Source: Lama glama
Lineage: Eukaryota
Direction: 5' to 3'
DNA length: 64,000 nt
Assembly: GCA_028534125.1 (NCBI GenBank)
Contig: CM052816.1
Coordinates: forward strand, 35,466,001-35,530,000
This document shows, piece by piece, positions 1 to 13,738 of this stretch. Position numbers and translations under genes: made by a program. The first letter of the stretch is position 1; each line of letters begins with the position of its first letter. The notes below the pieces were generated by a model. That model saw only the letters and a program-made list of their open reading frames with translations, searched no databases and had not been told where the DNA came from.

Positions 1-168
1 GGGGCAGTTCATTATCATTACCAACAACTTTCCTAACTTCTTATCCACAGACTGAAGGGCTATCGAAACAGTAGTGTCAGAGGCATCAGAGGCTGGGGAA
101 CCCTGGAGGTTGTGGAGACACAGGAACAGGAAGATAACCTCATGACCTCTGGTCTCTTTTGTCCCCGT

Positions 169-603
169 GTATTAGTTTGCTAGGGCTGTAATAATAAAGC
201 AGCACAAATTAGGTGACTCAAACAACGGAAATGTATTGTCTCACAGTTCTGGAGGCTGGAAGTCTGACAGCAAGATGTCAGCAGTATTGGTTCCTCCTGA
301 GGGTTGTGAAGAAGACTCTGTTCCATACATCTCTCCTAGCTTCTGGTGGTTTGCTGGCAATCTTTAGCATTCCTTGGCTTGTAGGAACCACCCTGACCAC
401 TGACTTCATCTTTACATGGCACTGTCCTTGGGTGTGTGTCTGTGTCCAAATTTCCCCCTTTTATGACACCAGTCATATTTGACTGAATGACCTCATCTTA
501 ATTATATCTGCAACAACCTTATTCCAAATAAGGTCATATTCTGAGGTCCTGGGGGTTAAGAATTCAACGTATTAAGTTGGGCGACACAGTTCAACCCATA
601 ATA
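169..603 (-). mobile_element. MaLR solo LTR, MLT1C-like
   Basis: Starts tgtattagtttgctagggctg...tctcacagttctggaggctggaagtc and ends cacagttcaacccataata, the typical reverse-strand MLT1A-C pattern. Confidence 0.85.
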
Positions 604-926
604 CCATGTAATTCAAAATAAATTATTTTTCATAGGTCCAAATTCCAGTCTTCCACCAAAATCTTAAAGATTCCATGAAGTCTCTTTTTTGTAACCATAT
701 TACAGATGCCTGCCTTCTCCACAGCATAACAAGTTGCAATTGATTTTAGATAATCTTTCATTTTCCCCTAACTGTTACACATGTGCAAATCTCTCCACAG
801 CAAGTTCCTAGAAGACTGGGATCACAGAAGACACAAGTCCAAGGCAGTACAAATTTGCATTCCCTTAGTACATGTTCATAGAACATGAGGTAATTTACAC
901 TCTCACCCAGATTAAGTTCTAGAAGG

Positions 927-1097
927 GCAGTAGTTCACAGTCTTATAGAACTTTATAAATACACATTCCTGAGCCCCATACAGATCTAGAGAATCATATA
1001 TTGGTATATAAAGTCAAAAAGTCTGCATGTTCACAAACTCCTTTCGTGATTTTTATGTAGCTATACTTATCGGACAGTACTTAGGAATCTCTAGGGT
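927..1097. mobile_element. hAT-Charlie MITE, MER5-like
   Basis: cagtagttcac...attcctgagcccca...tctgcatgttcacaaactcc...gtgatttttatg...ttaggaatctct resembles MER5A/B. Confidence 0.55.
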
Positions 1098-2317
1098 AGA
1101 GTTCACTTCCCATGGAGTCTTTGGCTACTGCTTGCCAAGTCCATTGTTAGTTTTATATTTCTAGTTCTTCTGGGGTGACACAGTGTATAACATTATTTCT
1201 TAAAGATTCTGGCCTGATATTGGCAGAGACCCATGATCAAATATGTTTGGGAAATGCTGAGCTAAACAGATTGAAATAAATTTACTTACTATAGGGCTTT
1301 TTGAAAATTTTAATGATAATGTACATTGTGAACTGGGGTAGGGGAGGATGGTATAAATCTCTTCCTATCTTATTTTACTAAAGAAACTTTTGTTTTTTCT
1401 TGAGCACCCCCAAAGATCATTCTTCCTAAGAACACATTTTGGAAAACGAAATCTGGAGCCATTTTCAGGAGGCCTGACTTCCAGCTCCAACACATTATTC
1501 AAAGAAGTTAAGACCTCTTTGACTTTTATTTTTCATCTATAAAATTGAGAAAATTTGCTCTAAAATATCTTTAGATCTTGTAAAAAATAATTTACTTATT
1601 TCTGACTCATATATGTCATGATGTTATTTAATATGAAATCTACTGTGGTGACTTTGATTCTTTCACATTACAGAGAAACTGAGTTTCCACCATTATAAGA
1701 TACTGTGCTAGGAATCTTTGGGGAGACACATGAGAAAGATTAATGACACTTCTCCTCAGGAAAGCTTTCAGTCATGTAGGAGAGACAGAATGTACATCTT
1801 TATTTCTCTCTTTCTCTTTTCCCTCTGTCCCCTCTTTCTTAATATCACCTACATCTGTCTTCGGTATTCAGAAGAAATATGTGCAGCAAAAGATGCAATA
1901 AAATGCTATGTTATTTCTCTATTTATCATCATTATCTCCAGAGAGGAGATATGCCAACACAAAAATCAATGAAAGGTTAACTGTCCCTTTCTTCTAATAA
2001 TGGAAATGTTTTAAATGGTTTCTTAGAAAAAAAATTGGCCTTGGATCCCTTTGTGACTTCCTTTAAATTAAAATTAGCACAGAGAATGGAATAAAAAGTA
2101 AACACAATGCCATAGGTAAGTTTGGACTGGCCCCCCAAAACAGAGTTTGTGATATCAGAGAAATTTTGCATGTTGAGTGGATGACTCAAAGGGAAAGTGG
2201 CTGTGCCCTCACACCCTGCTGCCTGTCTCCTCTCTTTGTGGGATGCCTCAGTGCACCCTGGGGTCATGATTTCAGATGTTGGAGGTTTGGCTTGAGGTCT
2301 TGAGGGTAGCCTGCTGA

Positions 2318-2767
2318 GCAGTGGTTCCCAGGAGATTAGTACCTCCCTCTAAGGTATGGTTGCCAGATTTAGCCAATAAAAATACAGGATGCCTAGTAAA
2401 ATATGAATTTCAGAGAAACAGAGTTGTCCGTCATTCCAGAAAACCATCTCACTTGTGGCAGCAGTGCTGGTGGTGTTTGAGTCATCAGTATATCACACTT
2501 GAATCATCTGCAGCTGTCACCATCACGGTGATTCTATATGTTTGTGTGCAAGGACCAGATTCTTCACTGTTCTTATAGTATTATTGAGCCCAAATTCTTA
2601 CGTATTAAAATTTTGTATTATAAATTCCTTCTATTTCTCTTTTACATTAAAATTGGGGCATTATATATTTTGTTTAAAATAGTTGTGGAGATAGATCATT
2701 TTATCTATCAATTTCATTTCAGGAGAGTAAGGGGGACTTGGGACTGATAAGGTTGATACCCATTGCT
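2318..2767. mobile_element. hAT DNA transposon fragments, including a MER53-like piece at ~2357-2420
   Basis: ggttgccagatttagccaataaaaatacaggatgcctagtaaaatatgaatttcaga resembles the MER53 terminus; the outer ends cagtggttccc / gatacccattg are Charlie-like. Confidence 0.55.
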
Positions 2768-3522
2768 GAAGCGGCCTGGGACCTCAGTTTTGCTGGAGGG
2801 GCCGGAACTTCAGTTTTGCCTGCCATGCAACATGGATATGCCCCAGTAAAAAACAAACAAACAAACAAACAAAAAAAACTTTGAAGGAAAAAGGGTTCTA
2901 AAATTTTAGAAGAAAAATCAAAATGGCATGACTATGCAAATTTATTGCAACTTCTTCACCTCTTCCTTTCTCATCTCTTTAAGTTTCTATGAGAAGCACA
3001 GAAATTCAGTCTTAATTCTGCTTTGAACATTTTTAAGTGTTTTTTTTTCCTAATCTTTTGGACACTAATTACATCATTTCATGTTGGATATATTTCTTTG
3101 CATTAATCAAAGTTGTGTTTTATGAATTCTGACAGATCTAGATGGAAAAGAAATTCAAACTCTGAGGCTGCTTAGGGTTTATTAATACCAATACTTCTAT
3201 CAGCATAAGTAATGATAATGTTGATTAGGTCTTTAAAAAAATCTACTTCTGAGTGAATACATTGTCTCACCAGGTAGGGGACAGACCTAGATCCTGAAGA
3301 TATGCAAACATAATGATTCCCATTCATATTCTAGGCTATAAGCCGTTTGTCTGCCAATTAACTTTCTATATGGTTCCTTGAACCATTGTTATAATAAGTA
3401 GCATTTGGGCAGAATCAATATTAGGGATGCTATGAGGCTGTCCTAGGAAGAAGAAGGGGGAGAAAACACAGATGCTAAAGACAAAGAGAGATGACAAGGA
3501 GGAAGGACAGCAGTAGGCTGGG

Positions 3523-4010
3523 GTGTTCTGGTTATCAATTCCTTTGTAGTAAAATGCTCTTAAAACAATAGCCAACTTAATTATATCTCATAATTTGGGG
3601 GTCAGGAATTAAGGTAGGGTTCAGCAGGGCAATTCTTCTGCTCCATGTAGCATCCACTGGAGTCACTCAAGTAGTCAGCTGGAGGGTGGGCTTGTTTGGA
3701 ATGTTCAAGATGACTTCCCTATGTGCTCGGGGCCATGACAAGGAGGATGGAAGCCTAGGCTTGGCTGGGCTCCTCGTCCTCTTCATGTGATATTTTCTGT
3801 AGAACAGTCAGACTGTTTACATGGTGGCTCAAGTCTGCAAGAGTGTTTCCCATGAACTGGAAGTGGGAACAGCCTAGAAACCAGTGCAAGCATCATTTCT
3901 GCTGGATTCCTTTGGTCACTATCACAGATGGTGCACAGATTTAGAGGGAAGGAAAATAAACCTCCCCCTCAATAGGAAAGATTCAAAGAATTTTTGGCTA
4001 CTTAACCTGC
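3523..4010 (-). mobile_element. MaLR LTR, MLT1G/H-like
   Basis: gggtcaggaattaaggtagggttcagcagggcaattcttctgctccatg...agtcactca pattern. Confidence 0.7.
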
Positions 4011-4547
4011 CAAATTTGAAAGAAAAACAGAAGGTAAACAGTTGCATGGATACACATTACACTACCCAAAGATGCAAAGCACCATATCCATGCAGAAAAG
4101 ATATTGTGAAAAGTGATAGAGAGAAATGAAGATGAACAGTAAGGTCGGCAGAGGTACTGCTAACTATGGTCCTGGAGGGGCCTGACTATGAGTTAAATTT
4201 ACAATGTCATGGAAGATTACAGCATGTGTAACATGACAGTGTCTTGCTTACTAATACAAAAAAGTACAACAGGTTAATGTTTTGAAATATTATACACCAT
4301 GTATATTTTATTCCTGTAAGATTACTTCTCCACAGCCCCTCTTCAGAGTGAGGAAAGAACACAGCAGAGATGAAAGTTTAAATGTTCCCCATTTGGACTT
4401 CATAGTTAAGTTCACAAAGTCCATTTCTCATAAGAGTGTGAAAGAGTCAGGTTGTTATGAGCCTGAGCTCAGGAGAATCAAAGAATAGAGGTTATAAAAT
4501 GGACCACAGAATAGAAAGGATAAAGATACAACTGTTTTGTCAAGAAC

Positions 4548-5096
4548 TGTGACGTATTATGTCACTCGCGCTTTTATGTGTGAATACTGCATAGACATGA
4601 GGTATGTGGGCCAGAGAAAAGAGTTCTCTGTTGACACAACCAGATCACAGTCAGAATAACATTACAGCATGGGTCCCCCACGCCTAGTCCCACAGGCATC
4701 TCCATGAGAGCCATGGAATCTTTTAACCCTGACCGGGGGTGTGAAGAATAATGGATTTTCTCTGTTTATACAAAGGAGAGAAGCTGTTTCCATTCGCTTC
4801 CCAAAAAGAGAAAAAAGGGGGGTAAAAACATTTTGTTGCTTTGAGACGTGGATGGAAAGGATGCTGGGCTCTTACCCTAAATATTTGAATGTAAATAAAA
4901 CCTCTCCAGGAATCAGACAGCCTGGAGTGTTCCACTTAGAGAGGTCTCTGGCTTCGTGTCTTTTTATAAATATATTCGTAGAAGCTAACCTAGGTGCCTA
5001 TCTCCGGATGTTTGACTTCGGGGAAGATAAGAAAAGTTTTATTATCCTTTCAGATCACAGCAATTAGCTACATCATTAGGGAAACAAATGGCTACA
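4548..5096 (-). mobile_element. Probable ERV1-class solo LTR, family not identified
   Basis: TG...CA termini (tgtgacg / tggctaca), flanked by gaac / gatc (3/4 match, 4-bp TSD-like), LTR-like composition; orientation tentative. Confidence 0.45.
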
Positions 5097-5374
5097 GATC
5101 TAATCCTTACGGTATGTGAAAATGTGTCTGGGGAAGTGAAAGACAATATTCTCTATCTTTATGTCATTTACATTTCTGTGTCTCAGGAGGCTGGGACTTT
5201 TTATGGGAGCACTAAGGAATTTAGGAAAGTTTTACTTCCCCACCATGATGTAACAGTGGTTTCCTGACATGTAGGATGGCAAAAAAAAAAAAAAACTTGT
5301 TAGTCTGAGGTGGAGGTTGAGAAGCCACATATATTTACAGGCGGCAAGACTAAGATAAATATGGCGCCCAAGTC

Positions 5375-5851
5375 GATCAATTTTTATTGCTTTTAACTTC
5401 ATGTACAAGTAATCTGATCACAGTGGTTTGAGTAAATAGGGGTTTGTTTTTTCCCTGCTAACAAGAAGTCTGAAGATATGTAGCTCAGATCTGTACTCAA
5501 TCATCAATGGTCCAAATGCCTCTTAGCTTCCTACTGCTGCCTTAGTATGTGGTTTGCTCTTTGGAAGATGGCTGCTCTACTTCCGTGCACCACATAGGCA
5601 TTCCAGTCAGCAAGAAAGGGCAAAGGCTAAAGGCACATGTCAGCTTTTTGTCTAAGTCCTGGAAACAGTAGCCTTTGAGAAGCTTACCCAGTAATATTTA
5701 TTTATATCTTACTGCCCATCACTAGCAGAAGGAAGTCTGAGAAGGTGAATGTCTATACTAATCACTTTGGTGCCCTGAACAAAATTGGGTTTCTTCTAGC
5801 AAGGAAGACAAGAGGAAGAGCTATCAGAATCACAACCAGTAATGTTCTGCA
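5375..5851 (-). mobile_element. MaLR LTR, MLT1J-like
   Basis: cagtggtttgagtaaataggggtttg...aacaagaagtctg...aagatggctgctctacttcc...aaaattgggtttc pattern. Confidence 0.65.
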
Positions 5852-5899
5852 TCCCCTGATCCTCAGTCTAAGGAAGACTGTGAAAATCCCAGGTGGTCT

Positions 5900-6630
5900 G
5901 AGAGTGGGCTGAACGTGGATGAGATTTCTGCTCCACTTCCAGTCTTGAACTGTGGGACGAGACTTCCTCTCAGTGGGCTGGCATTGTCAAAGGGTGGATG
6001 GAGTAAGGTAGGAAGGGTGGAGTGGTGTGTTTAAGTGGAGAGAGGACCTGAGTGTAATATGGGCATCGTCCACAAGTTCACGTCTCCCCTGTATGGCACT
6101 CAGAAGGGCTGTGAGGTCCAGAGGACCAAAAGAGGCCCCCCCTTGGGGTGAAGACAATGCAGAAGACGTGGACCTGGTCACTAGAGAGTCTGGCAGGGAC
6201 AAGCATCAGCATCATATTTCTGTCCCAGCACCCCAACCGGGTGGACCAGGTACATCAGTAGCAGATGAAGTGCTACAGACTGATCTCTAAAGAGCCAGTG
6301 GAGGCTGGCAAAGAGCTGAGACCAGACTGCAGACCACATACACTGCCCCAACATAAATGTGGTACATAAGCTCCCCTAGGTCCCCTAATCCCACTGGGGG
6401 ATGGAAAGAGAGGCTATGAACTTTGAATTGTGTGACTCTCAACCCTGAACTGAACCCGAGAGACTGATTTTTAAACTGAATGTGACTAAATTATCTTTAA
6501 TCTGCAAAATCAAGATTATTTTCCCCACCATCGAAGAAATGGTGAGTAGGGATAAAGTGGAGTCTTAAGTCAGTTGAATTCAATCACAAAGATATAAAAA
6601 AGTTACATTTCTGCACACTTGTATATAAAT
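5900..6630 (+). mobile_element. Old LTR, MamGypLTR-like
   Basis: 3' part gaactgaacccgagagactg...ataaaaaagttacatttctgcaca resembles ancient Gypsy-like mammalian LTRs; recalled similarity only. Confidence 0.35.
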
Positions 6631-6879
6631 TTGAAATCCATAGTCATTCATAAGTCTATGATTATGATGTGAAAGTTATTAAACATTAGAAATGGGTCTG
6701 ACCATTTCTGATATCAAAGCAAAGTCTGATGATTAAGCTAATTTCTTTATTTGGGCACATTGACTGAGCTTCCCATGAATAGATGCCATGCTTCATTCAA
6801 ATGGCCAGGGACTTAGGGAATTCATAAGGAATTCTGGAGGAAGTGATAGGAGAGGGAGATGATAAGAAAATGATAATGA

Positions 6880-7130
6880 TCACAAATACTTATAGTAGCT
6901 ATTATTTGCTATACATTTCTACTCTGTGGGAAACATGAAAATAATAGTTATTTACTACCTTCATGATTCTTACAAGGTAGGAATTTTTATCCTCACTTTT
7001 GCATGTGAGGAAACAGAGATTCAGGGAGATCAAGACTCTTTCTCAGTGTTTCTCAGCCAGTGATGGTCAAGATTTAAACCAAGGCCAGTGAGTCCAATCC
7101 CAAAGTAGGGCTCTTGTCACTGTGCTGTGC
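6880..7130 (-). mobile_element. MIR SINE
   Basis: aaggtaggaatttttatcctcacttttgcatgtgaggaaacagagattcagggagatcaag core. Confidence 0.75.
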
Positions 7131-9979
7131 AGCCCCAGTAAATGTGTCTACTGTGTAGAACCAGGGAAATGGTCTTTGGTCATTTACCTAACCCCCCTCA
7201 CTCTGAAAGTGGGGAGAGGTCGTTAGAGACAAGGAGTGGGGTTTTACCTCTTGTCCCTAGAATCCCACCTTCCATTCCTCTCAAAAAGGCAGTGCCTGAA
7301 GTTCCCTGTGCTTACATCTGGGTTCCTAATCAAAAAATCTGGGTGCATAAGTGGGAGAAATAACATCTTCAACAGACAGTTTTGTGGTAACAGCAAAAGA
7401 CTCCTGATTCCTGAAAGATGCAGTCAGTCTTCCTGGTATAAACACAGTGAACTTTCTGGGATTCACAACCCATTACATACACGTTTGGGATTTTTCCATT
7501 ACATTCTTTGAGTTACTCCCTCTCAACCTCATAAAAAGTGATGTCACCCCTGGGGGCCCACCAGGGAGCACAGGGATTTCATGTGTCTTAAATCTGTGTT
7601 CAGATTACAATGGTGTAACTAAGTCACATTATGGTATTTACAAATATTCAACTCATTATTTTCTTTGGATCACTGGAGTGCAGCACTAAAAAAATCCAAA
7701 TTTCAATTTTTATTTCCCAGAATAGAACTCATTATATTCAGAGCTTTATGAGTCCCTTTTGGAAGATAAAGACAGATCTCATCCTACTCACCACAAAAGA
7801 AAACAACCATTGAAGATACCCTGTGGCTTGCATCTCCTACATCTAACTTCCTCCTTTTGTCCAAATTCCTAAGGGTTCTGTGGGGTGAAAAGATAGGGGA
7901 GTTTGCACAGGAAGGAGAGAATTACAGTGCAGGAAGAGACAGTTTATGCTACTAGCTGACCCAATAAAGAGGATCTAATACTTGGGAATTGATATTCTAA
8001 ATATTTTGAGCTTTTCATATACAAGGAAAATAGAAAGAATGAGGTATTTATTGACATGTTTCATGAATTAGATTTAAAACTTTGCTGTCAAAGGCTCTTG
8101 AAATAATTCATCACTTGGCCTGCACTGAAGTGTCCAGTCATATGGGTCTATAATGGGATAACGTCATCCCTGTGTTGACCACAGGACCCTCAAAAGTGAT
8201 CTTATAAGAAGAAGAGAATAAGTGCAAAAATAGCAAGATCAAGGCTGGGCATGATTTCACAGCAAGACAAGTCACAATGTTTTAGGGGCTCAAACACCCC
8301 TGGGCTTGAGCTGAGTTGGATTTGGCAGATAAGTTTTGCTAGAAAGAATTTTTGGAGTAGATTGAGGAAAATTTAGCTTGGTGGGACAACCCTTGCCAAA
8401 TGTTGGAGTACAGCATAAAGGGTGGCTACAAAAAACAAATTCTGGTCCCCTCAAGAAGAGAATGAAAAGTGCTAGGCAGAGCTTGGAGCAGGATTGTAGT
8501 ACCAGTAGGACAAAATACTTTCAGAAATCAAAGCAAAAGCCCACTTATAAGCCCTGTACACCACCAGGGTGAAGGGGAGAGTCTATAGCCCGGTAAGCCC
8601 AAGACTGCCCAGAGGTCATCCAAGGTATCATAGACTGTGTCACAGGTGGGAAAGAGGCACTTACTAGGTTCATGGGGTTGATTCATGGATGGATGAGCAA
8701 AGAAGCTGCCTCATTCCACAACTCCAAGGGGTATGTTAATGGCACCCCTTGGCACTGCCCAGGAGACAGGACTTAAAGGGAATACAATGTGAATGGTGTC
8801 CCCTAGAGTTGTCCCATGCAGTAGCCTTGAGTGGCATATACTTGGTCCACATATTTTAAGTCTTTAGAATCCTTAGCCTGGTGCAAACAGAGCAGGGGGT
8901 ACTGACTTTAAACTTCATATTTGCGCACATTAAAGATTGATTTAGAAATCACTCTAAAACCTCTTGCTCCAAGTTGAGCATAGCATATTGCTGAATGTGA
9001 AGAGCCAGGGAAGCTGTTCAGCTGAAGCAAAATTCACTTGTCAGAGGTAAAGATCAGAGACTTTGGGATACCAAAGTGCTTTGATTCTGATCCTTAAATT
9101 TACTTGTATAAGTTTCCCACACAAGCCTGGAAATTTTTACACAAGGAAGATCAGCAACCAGCTAAACAGTGAGGCCAAGCAGGCTCGAAAATTTGAACCC
9201 ACAGCATTTCCTTGCCAGAGACCACAGGGACTGGCTAATGGAGCACATTTCTTTCCCTCCATTGCTGAGTCTTCAGTGTGTGCTTGTCTATAACCATTCA
9301 CATCAATAAACTACTTTTTTATTCCGGTGTCCAAACTCACCTTCCACTCAGACTGGAGTGATAAACTACAATCTGAAGAGTTGTAAAGGTTTGCCCAGAA
9401 AATAATTATCACTCAGATTTTCTTTTGGCATCTTGTTTGGCCCAGTGTCTGAGGCTGTAATTGATTAAGGACAGTCATGATCGCACAGAACTAGAGCTGT
9501 GATCACTCACTGTCCCTTCATCTGAGAAAATAAATCAAGAGGAACAGCACCATGTGGCAGGGAAGTAAGGTATCCCAGAGCTATTTCTGTGGCAAGCTGG
9601 GAGAACAAGTCAGTCTCCTACAGAGCTTGAGTCTCTCAATGTCATTTTCATGATCAGGTTAGCTACTTTCCAAAGATGCACTGTGACACTCACGTGGGGG
9701 AAAGCTTGTGTTACTTGGCTCAGCTAAATATGCTGACAGTGAAAGGATTAGGAAGGCACTTCCCCCTTTTTTCCCTTGATGAAATGAAAGGCACTTTGAA
9801 AATATATTTAGTGTCTTTGAGCTTTTCTGTGCTCACTGCTGGTAGCATTTGCAGAAGCCACGTAGTGATATAGAAGCCTCTTTCTCAAAAGCAAGCTGAG
9901 ATAAGCGAACGTAATGATCTAAATATTCTGTCCTAGTTTGGATGACAAGGCAAGTTGAGATGACAGTGGATCCCAGTTA

Positions 9980-10770
9980 CCAGAAACCTAGGACTCCCCT
10001 TTGAGGCCTTCCTCTTCCTCTGTACCCCTCCCAATCCTTTATGAAGCACTATGATGTTACCTCCTAAACATCTCTTGAATCCATCTATTGTTTCCATATC
10101 TACCCCTAATACCTGGCCTTCAGTTTTCTCTGGGACACACACAGACACACACACACACACATACATACACATGGCCCAACTACCACAATCCATGATCTCC
10201 TTCCTCTCATTTCTGTGCTCTTATAGTCCGTTCCCCAGACGGTACCCAGAGAGGTCTTTTTATAACATCAATCAAGTTACTCCACTCTCCTGAATCAAAT
10301 TTCTTTATTGGCTTCCTTTCACACTGCAAATAAAATCCAAACTCCTTACCATGGCTTTCAAGGCCCTCAATTATCTGACTTTTGCCTCTCTCTCCATTTT
10401 CATTTCCTACAACTCCTCCATCATTCATGGTGCTCCAGACGCATTGACTTTTATCATGCTCCTCCTGTTAGGCACTCCTCTCTCTTTCTAGAATATGCTT
10501 CCTTCCAATCCCCTGGCTCCTTTGTACCACTCAGTTAATTCGATTAAATGTCTATTCCATAGAGAGTCCTTCCTGACCACCAATAGATTTTCGGTCCCTG
10601 TCACATTTTGTAGATAATTTAATCATTTATCCATTTGTTGTTAACCTCCAACACACTATAGGATCTATGAGAACAAATATCTCACCCTTGTGTCTAATTG
10701 TAAATGACATCTAGTAGGCCTTCAATAAATATTTATTAAATGGAATGAAATGAATGAATGAATGAATGAT
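9980..10770 (+). mobile_element. L2 LINE 3' fragment
   Basis: aataaaatccaaactccttaccatggctttcaaggccct...ttcaataaatatttattaaatggaatgaaatgaatgaatgaatg tail. Confidence 0.85.
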
Positions 10771-11049
10771 ACACTGGTTCTAACCCCTAACTCCAAGTTG
10801 CTGAGTCATTTTTCTAGTTATTAGGCTAAACTGCTGCCCAGTGTAACATTATACGGCTTTTCTCTGGTTAAGGGACTGCAAGAGAAGATTTGGTATTTTA
10901 GTCACCTTCTACCCTATTCTGCTTTGACTGAATTCTGCTTAAGACAGTGAACTGAGCCTACGTATGGGGCCCTGACAATGAGTACCAATGATCCTTATCC
11001 AGGTTCACTAGCTAACAGTGGAAAATGATGGTGAAAAGATTAAAGACAG

Positions 11050-11162
11050 GCACATATTCATTGACTCTTGTCCTTGGTATATGTCTGGGAGTATACGTCC
11101 ACTCCCCTTGGAACTGGGTGTGTTCTGTGACTGCTCTGGCTGATAGAGTACATTGGGAGTGA
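11050..11162 (+). mobile_element. MLT1G/H-like LTR, 5' part (interrupted by the provirus)
   Basis: ccccttggaactggg...ctgtgactgctctggctgatagagtacattgggagtga; the element resumes at ~18150 as gctgtgccagt...ccaggccttaag. Confidence 0.7.
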
Positions 11163-11707
11163 TGTCACTGGCAAAGCACATTAACAAGTCCCAGGAAATA
11201 AAAATAGAATCTGGGTAGCAAAATAAAGTCTAAACATTTTTTTCCTTTGTACTTAGTCTAGTTTCAGTTGCACACAGGGTGCCACGTGCAGAGACCTTGC
11301 ACCCAGCACTTCAGACCAGAGTTCCTAGTGCAAAATGGATGAGCCCAACACTTCAGAAGCACTGCACATGACACTGCAATTCAAGAAGGGCACAGTGTAC
11401 CATCTGTGCACACCACAATGTACAGAAATGTGGCATCTGGCACTTCGATCTGGAGTGCCATGAGCAGCACAGCTGTGCCCTACCCGCAAGAACTCTGCCC
11501 CCTCCCTGCTGACAAGAACCCTATAAAGCAGCCCCACCCATGGCCTTTCAGGGAGAGTCTGTATTCTAGAGTTTGAGATTCTACCACTCCATTCTCTGAT
11601 CAAAAAATACAGCTTTCCTTTGCTACTGAACCAAACTCCATCTCATTCTATTGACTCAGTAGGCAGAAGGACCCTTGTTGGAGACTAACTTGGGAGAGTA
11701 GGTAACA
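11163..11707 (+). repeat. 5' LTR of the provirus
   Basis: TG start, ends ggtaaca; TATAAA at 11522-11527; polyA signal decayed (aataca); 3 CpG counted. Confidence 0.9.
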
Positions 11708-11714
11708 AAATTTC

Positions 11715-11732
11715 TGGCAATTCAGATGGGAC
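11715..11732 (+). promoter_or_regulatory. Primer-binding site, tRNA-Arg type
   Basis: tggcaattcagatgggac matches 15/18 to TGGCGACCCAGATGGGAC, the complement of the tRNA-Arg(CCG) 3' end as recalled; lies 7 nt after the LTR end. Confidence 0.75.
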
Positions 11733-12059
11733 AGACTGTGGCCTTTTTGCCTGCACCAATCTAATAGGCTCTGGGCTTGCCCCGGCTGCAGTGGGAGGAT
11801 GGTGGAGGCTTTGGGAGGTTTGCATCAAATGATTGCCTCTGACCTTTAGTTCACTCTGATGGAATAGAACAGTGGCGCCTTCCACCGAACTCAGAGCACC
11901 TCTGTTGAGCAACACAATTCCCGAGTGTGGTGCACACACAGCATGATCCCCAGAGTAATCTGGACTCCACATCCTTGAGGGGGCCATACTGTAGCATAGT
12001 TGGGGGTCCAATACTGAAACTCACACATGTCTGCCTGCTGCCTCTGGCTGGACTTCCCC

Positions 12060-13738
12060 CAGTGCCAGACACCCAGTCAAGATGCATCCTGCAGAACTGA
12101 CAGTTCTTCTGGTATCACCCCTGACCCCAAAACATTTGATCTTCCTTTGTAATACAGCCTAGCCCCAATACCTCTGGGAGATGGAGAAACTTGGCCTGTC
12201 AATCTCTAATTACACCACCATTTTACAATTGGACCTGCTATGCTGAAGACAAAAGACAGAAGATGAAATTCCCTATATCCAGTTTTTTATGGCCTTATAT
12301 GAGAACAAAGGCCTTCAAAAGAAACATGGGCTCTCCTCCACTGAGGTAATACCAATCCTTGAACCTCCCCCTGAGGACCTTCTTGACCTCCTCCCTAATC
12401 CTCCACCTACTGCTCCTTCCTTCATATATTCTGATTTGGGGCACAGGCCCAAGGGGCCCCCTCTTCCAGAACCCAGTCCAGCAAATACATGAAGTAGGAC
12501 TAATTACCAGCTAGGGTCCAACAACTTGCCAGGAAAAGTACTCCTTTTGAGGCAGGTCCCCCATGGAGAAGGAGGGCTAATCCAGGTACATGTTCCATTT
12601 ACCACTTCTGATCTATATAAATGAAATCATATCAAGGAGTTGAGGGAAAAACCAGAAGGGTTTCTGAACATGATTAGGGGAATCTTTCAGACCCATGACT
12701 CCACCTGGGCTGAGATCCAGAGCCTCCTTGATGTATTCCTAATGGGGGAAGAAAAGGCCATGGTCTTTTGATAAGCCCAAGAGGAAGTAGACAGAACAGA
12801 AACAATTTAGGTTGTGCAAATTTCAGACCAGGGAATCAAGCATTCCCAGATAACGAACCCAACTGGGACCACCAAGACAATGGAGAGGGGGTGGAAGATA
12901 GAGGCTGATAAATTGGTAGTTCAAGATTTACAGATACTAACTACTATACATAAAATAGGTAACAACAAGTTTATACTGTATAGTATTTAATACCTTGTAG
13001 TAACCTGTAACGGAAAAGAAGATGAAAATGAATATATGCATGCATATGTATGTATATGTATATGTATGACTGAACTATTATACTGTACACCATAAATTAA
13101 CACAACATTATAAACTGACTATACTTTAATTAAAAAAAAAAAAGACCCTAAAGGGAATCCAGGAAGCAAGAAACAAACCTGTCAATTGGAATTAGATAAA
13201 AGAAATCAATCAGGACCCAACAGAAAACCCTTCAGCATTCCTTAGGGAATGCCTCTGACTCTATACTACCACTGACCCTGAGTCATTGGAAGAGAATGCA
13301 ATCCTGAGGCCATATTTCATTTCCCAAAGTGACTCCAACATTAGCTGTAAACTTCAGAACCTGGAAATAGAACTAGATACCCCTACCTCTCGCCTGATCA
13401 AGGTTGCCTATCAGGTATTTAATAACTGAGATATAGAGGAGGAAAAGTCAGAGGATAGAAAGGCCTGGAGGCAAGCCTACCTACTGGCTGTTGCCCTCCT
13501 ATATCAACTGGTTGGCTCAGGAATCTAGACTAACTGCCCAAGGAGACTCCCAACTCCAGTGAATGACTCCTGGCCCCCACCAAGGGATAATAAGCTAAGG
13601 AAACTAGGACCCAACCAGTGCACCATATGTAAATAAGAGGGACACTGGAAGAAAGAATGCCCTTGCCACCCTTGAAGGGGTTGGAAATGGCAGATCCTGA
13701 ACACTCAAGGGCAGATGGTCCAAATAAGTGAAGAATGA
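12060..13738 (+). pseudogene. gag: ERV gag remnant (MA-CA-NC)
   Basis: MA-like LIFLCNTA*PQY...ETWP...NYTTILQLDLLC...EIPYIQFFMAL; CA QVHVPFTTSDL, PTWAEIQSLLDVFL, INQDPTENPSAFL; zinc knuckle CTICK*EGHWKKEC at 13619-13660; ends at TGA before pro. Confidence 0.9.
12885..13143 (+). mobile_element. 5'-truncated artiodactyl-type L1 3' end with polyA tail, inserted into gag
   Basis: gataaattggtagttcaagatttacagatac...tactgtatag...gactgaactattatactgtacacc...acacaacattataaactgactatactttaatt(A)12; CA coding resumes immediately after. Confidence 0.85.

Noticed and set aside
10135..10170. (CA)n-type microsatellite as a functional element
   Set aside because: Short interrupted simple repeat inside an L2
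213..10538. Short ORFs of 60-108 aa in the first 10.5 kb
   Set aside because: Many overlap MLT/L2/LTR repeats; no domains or splice-consistent structure seen
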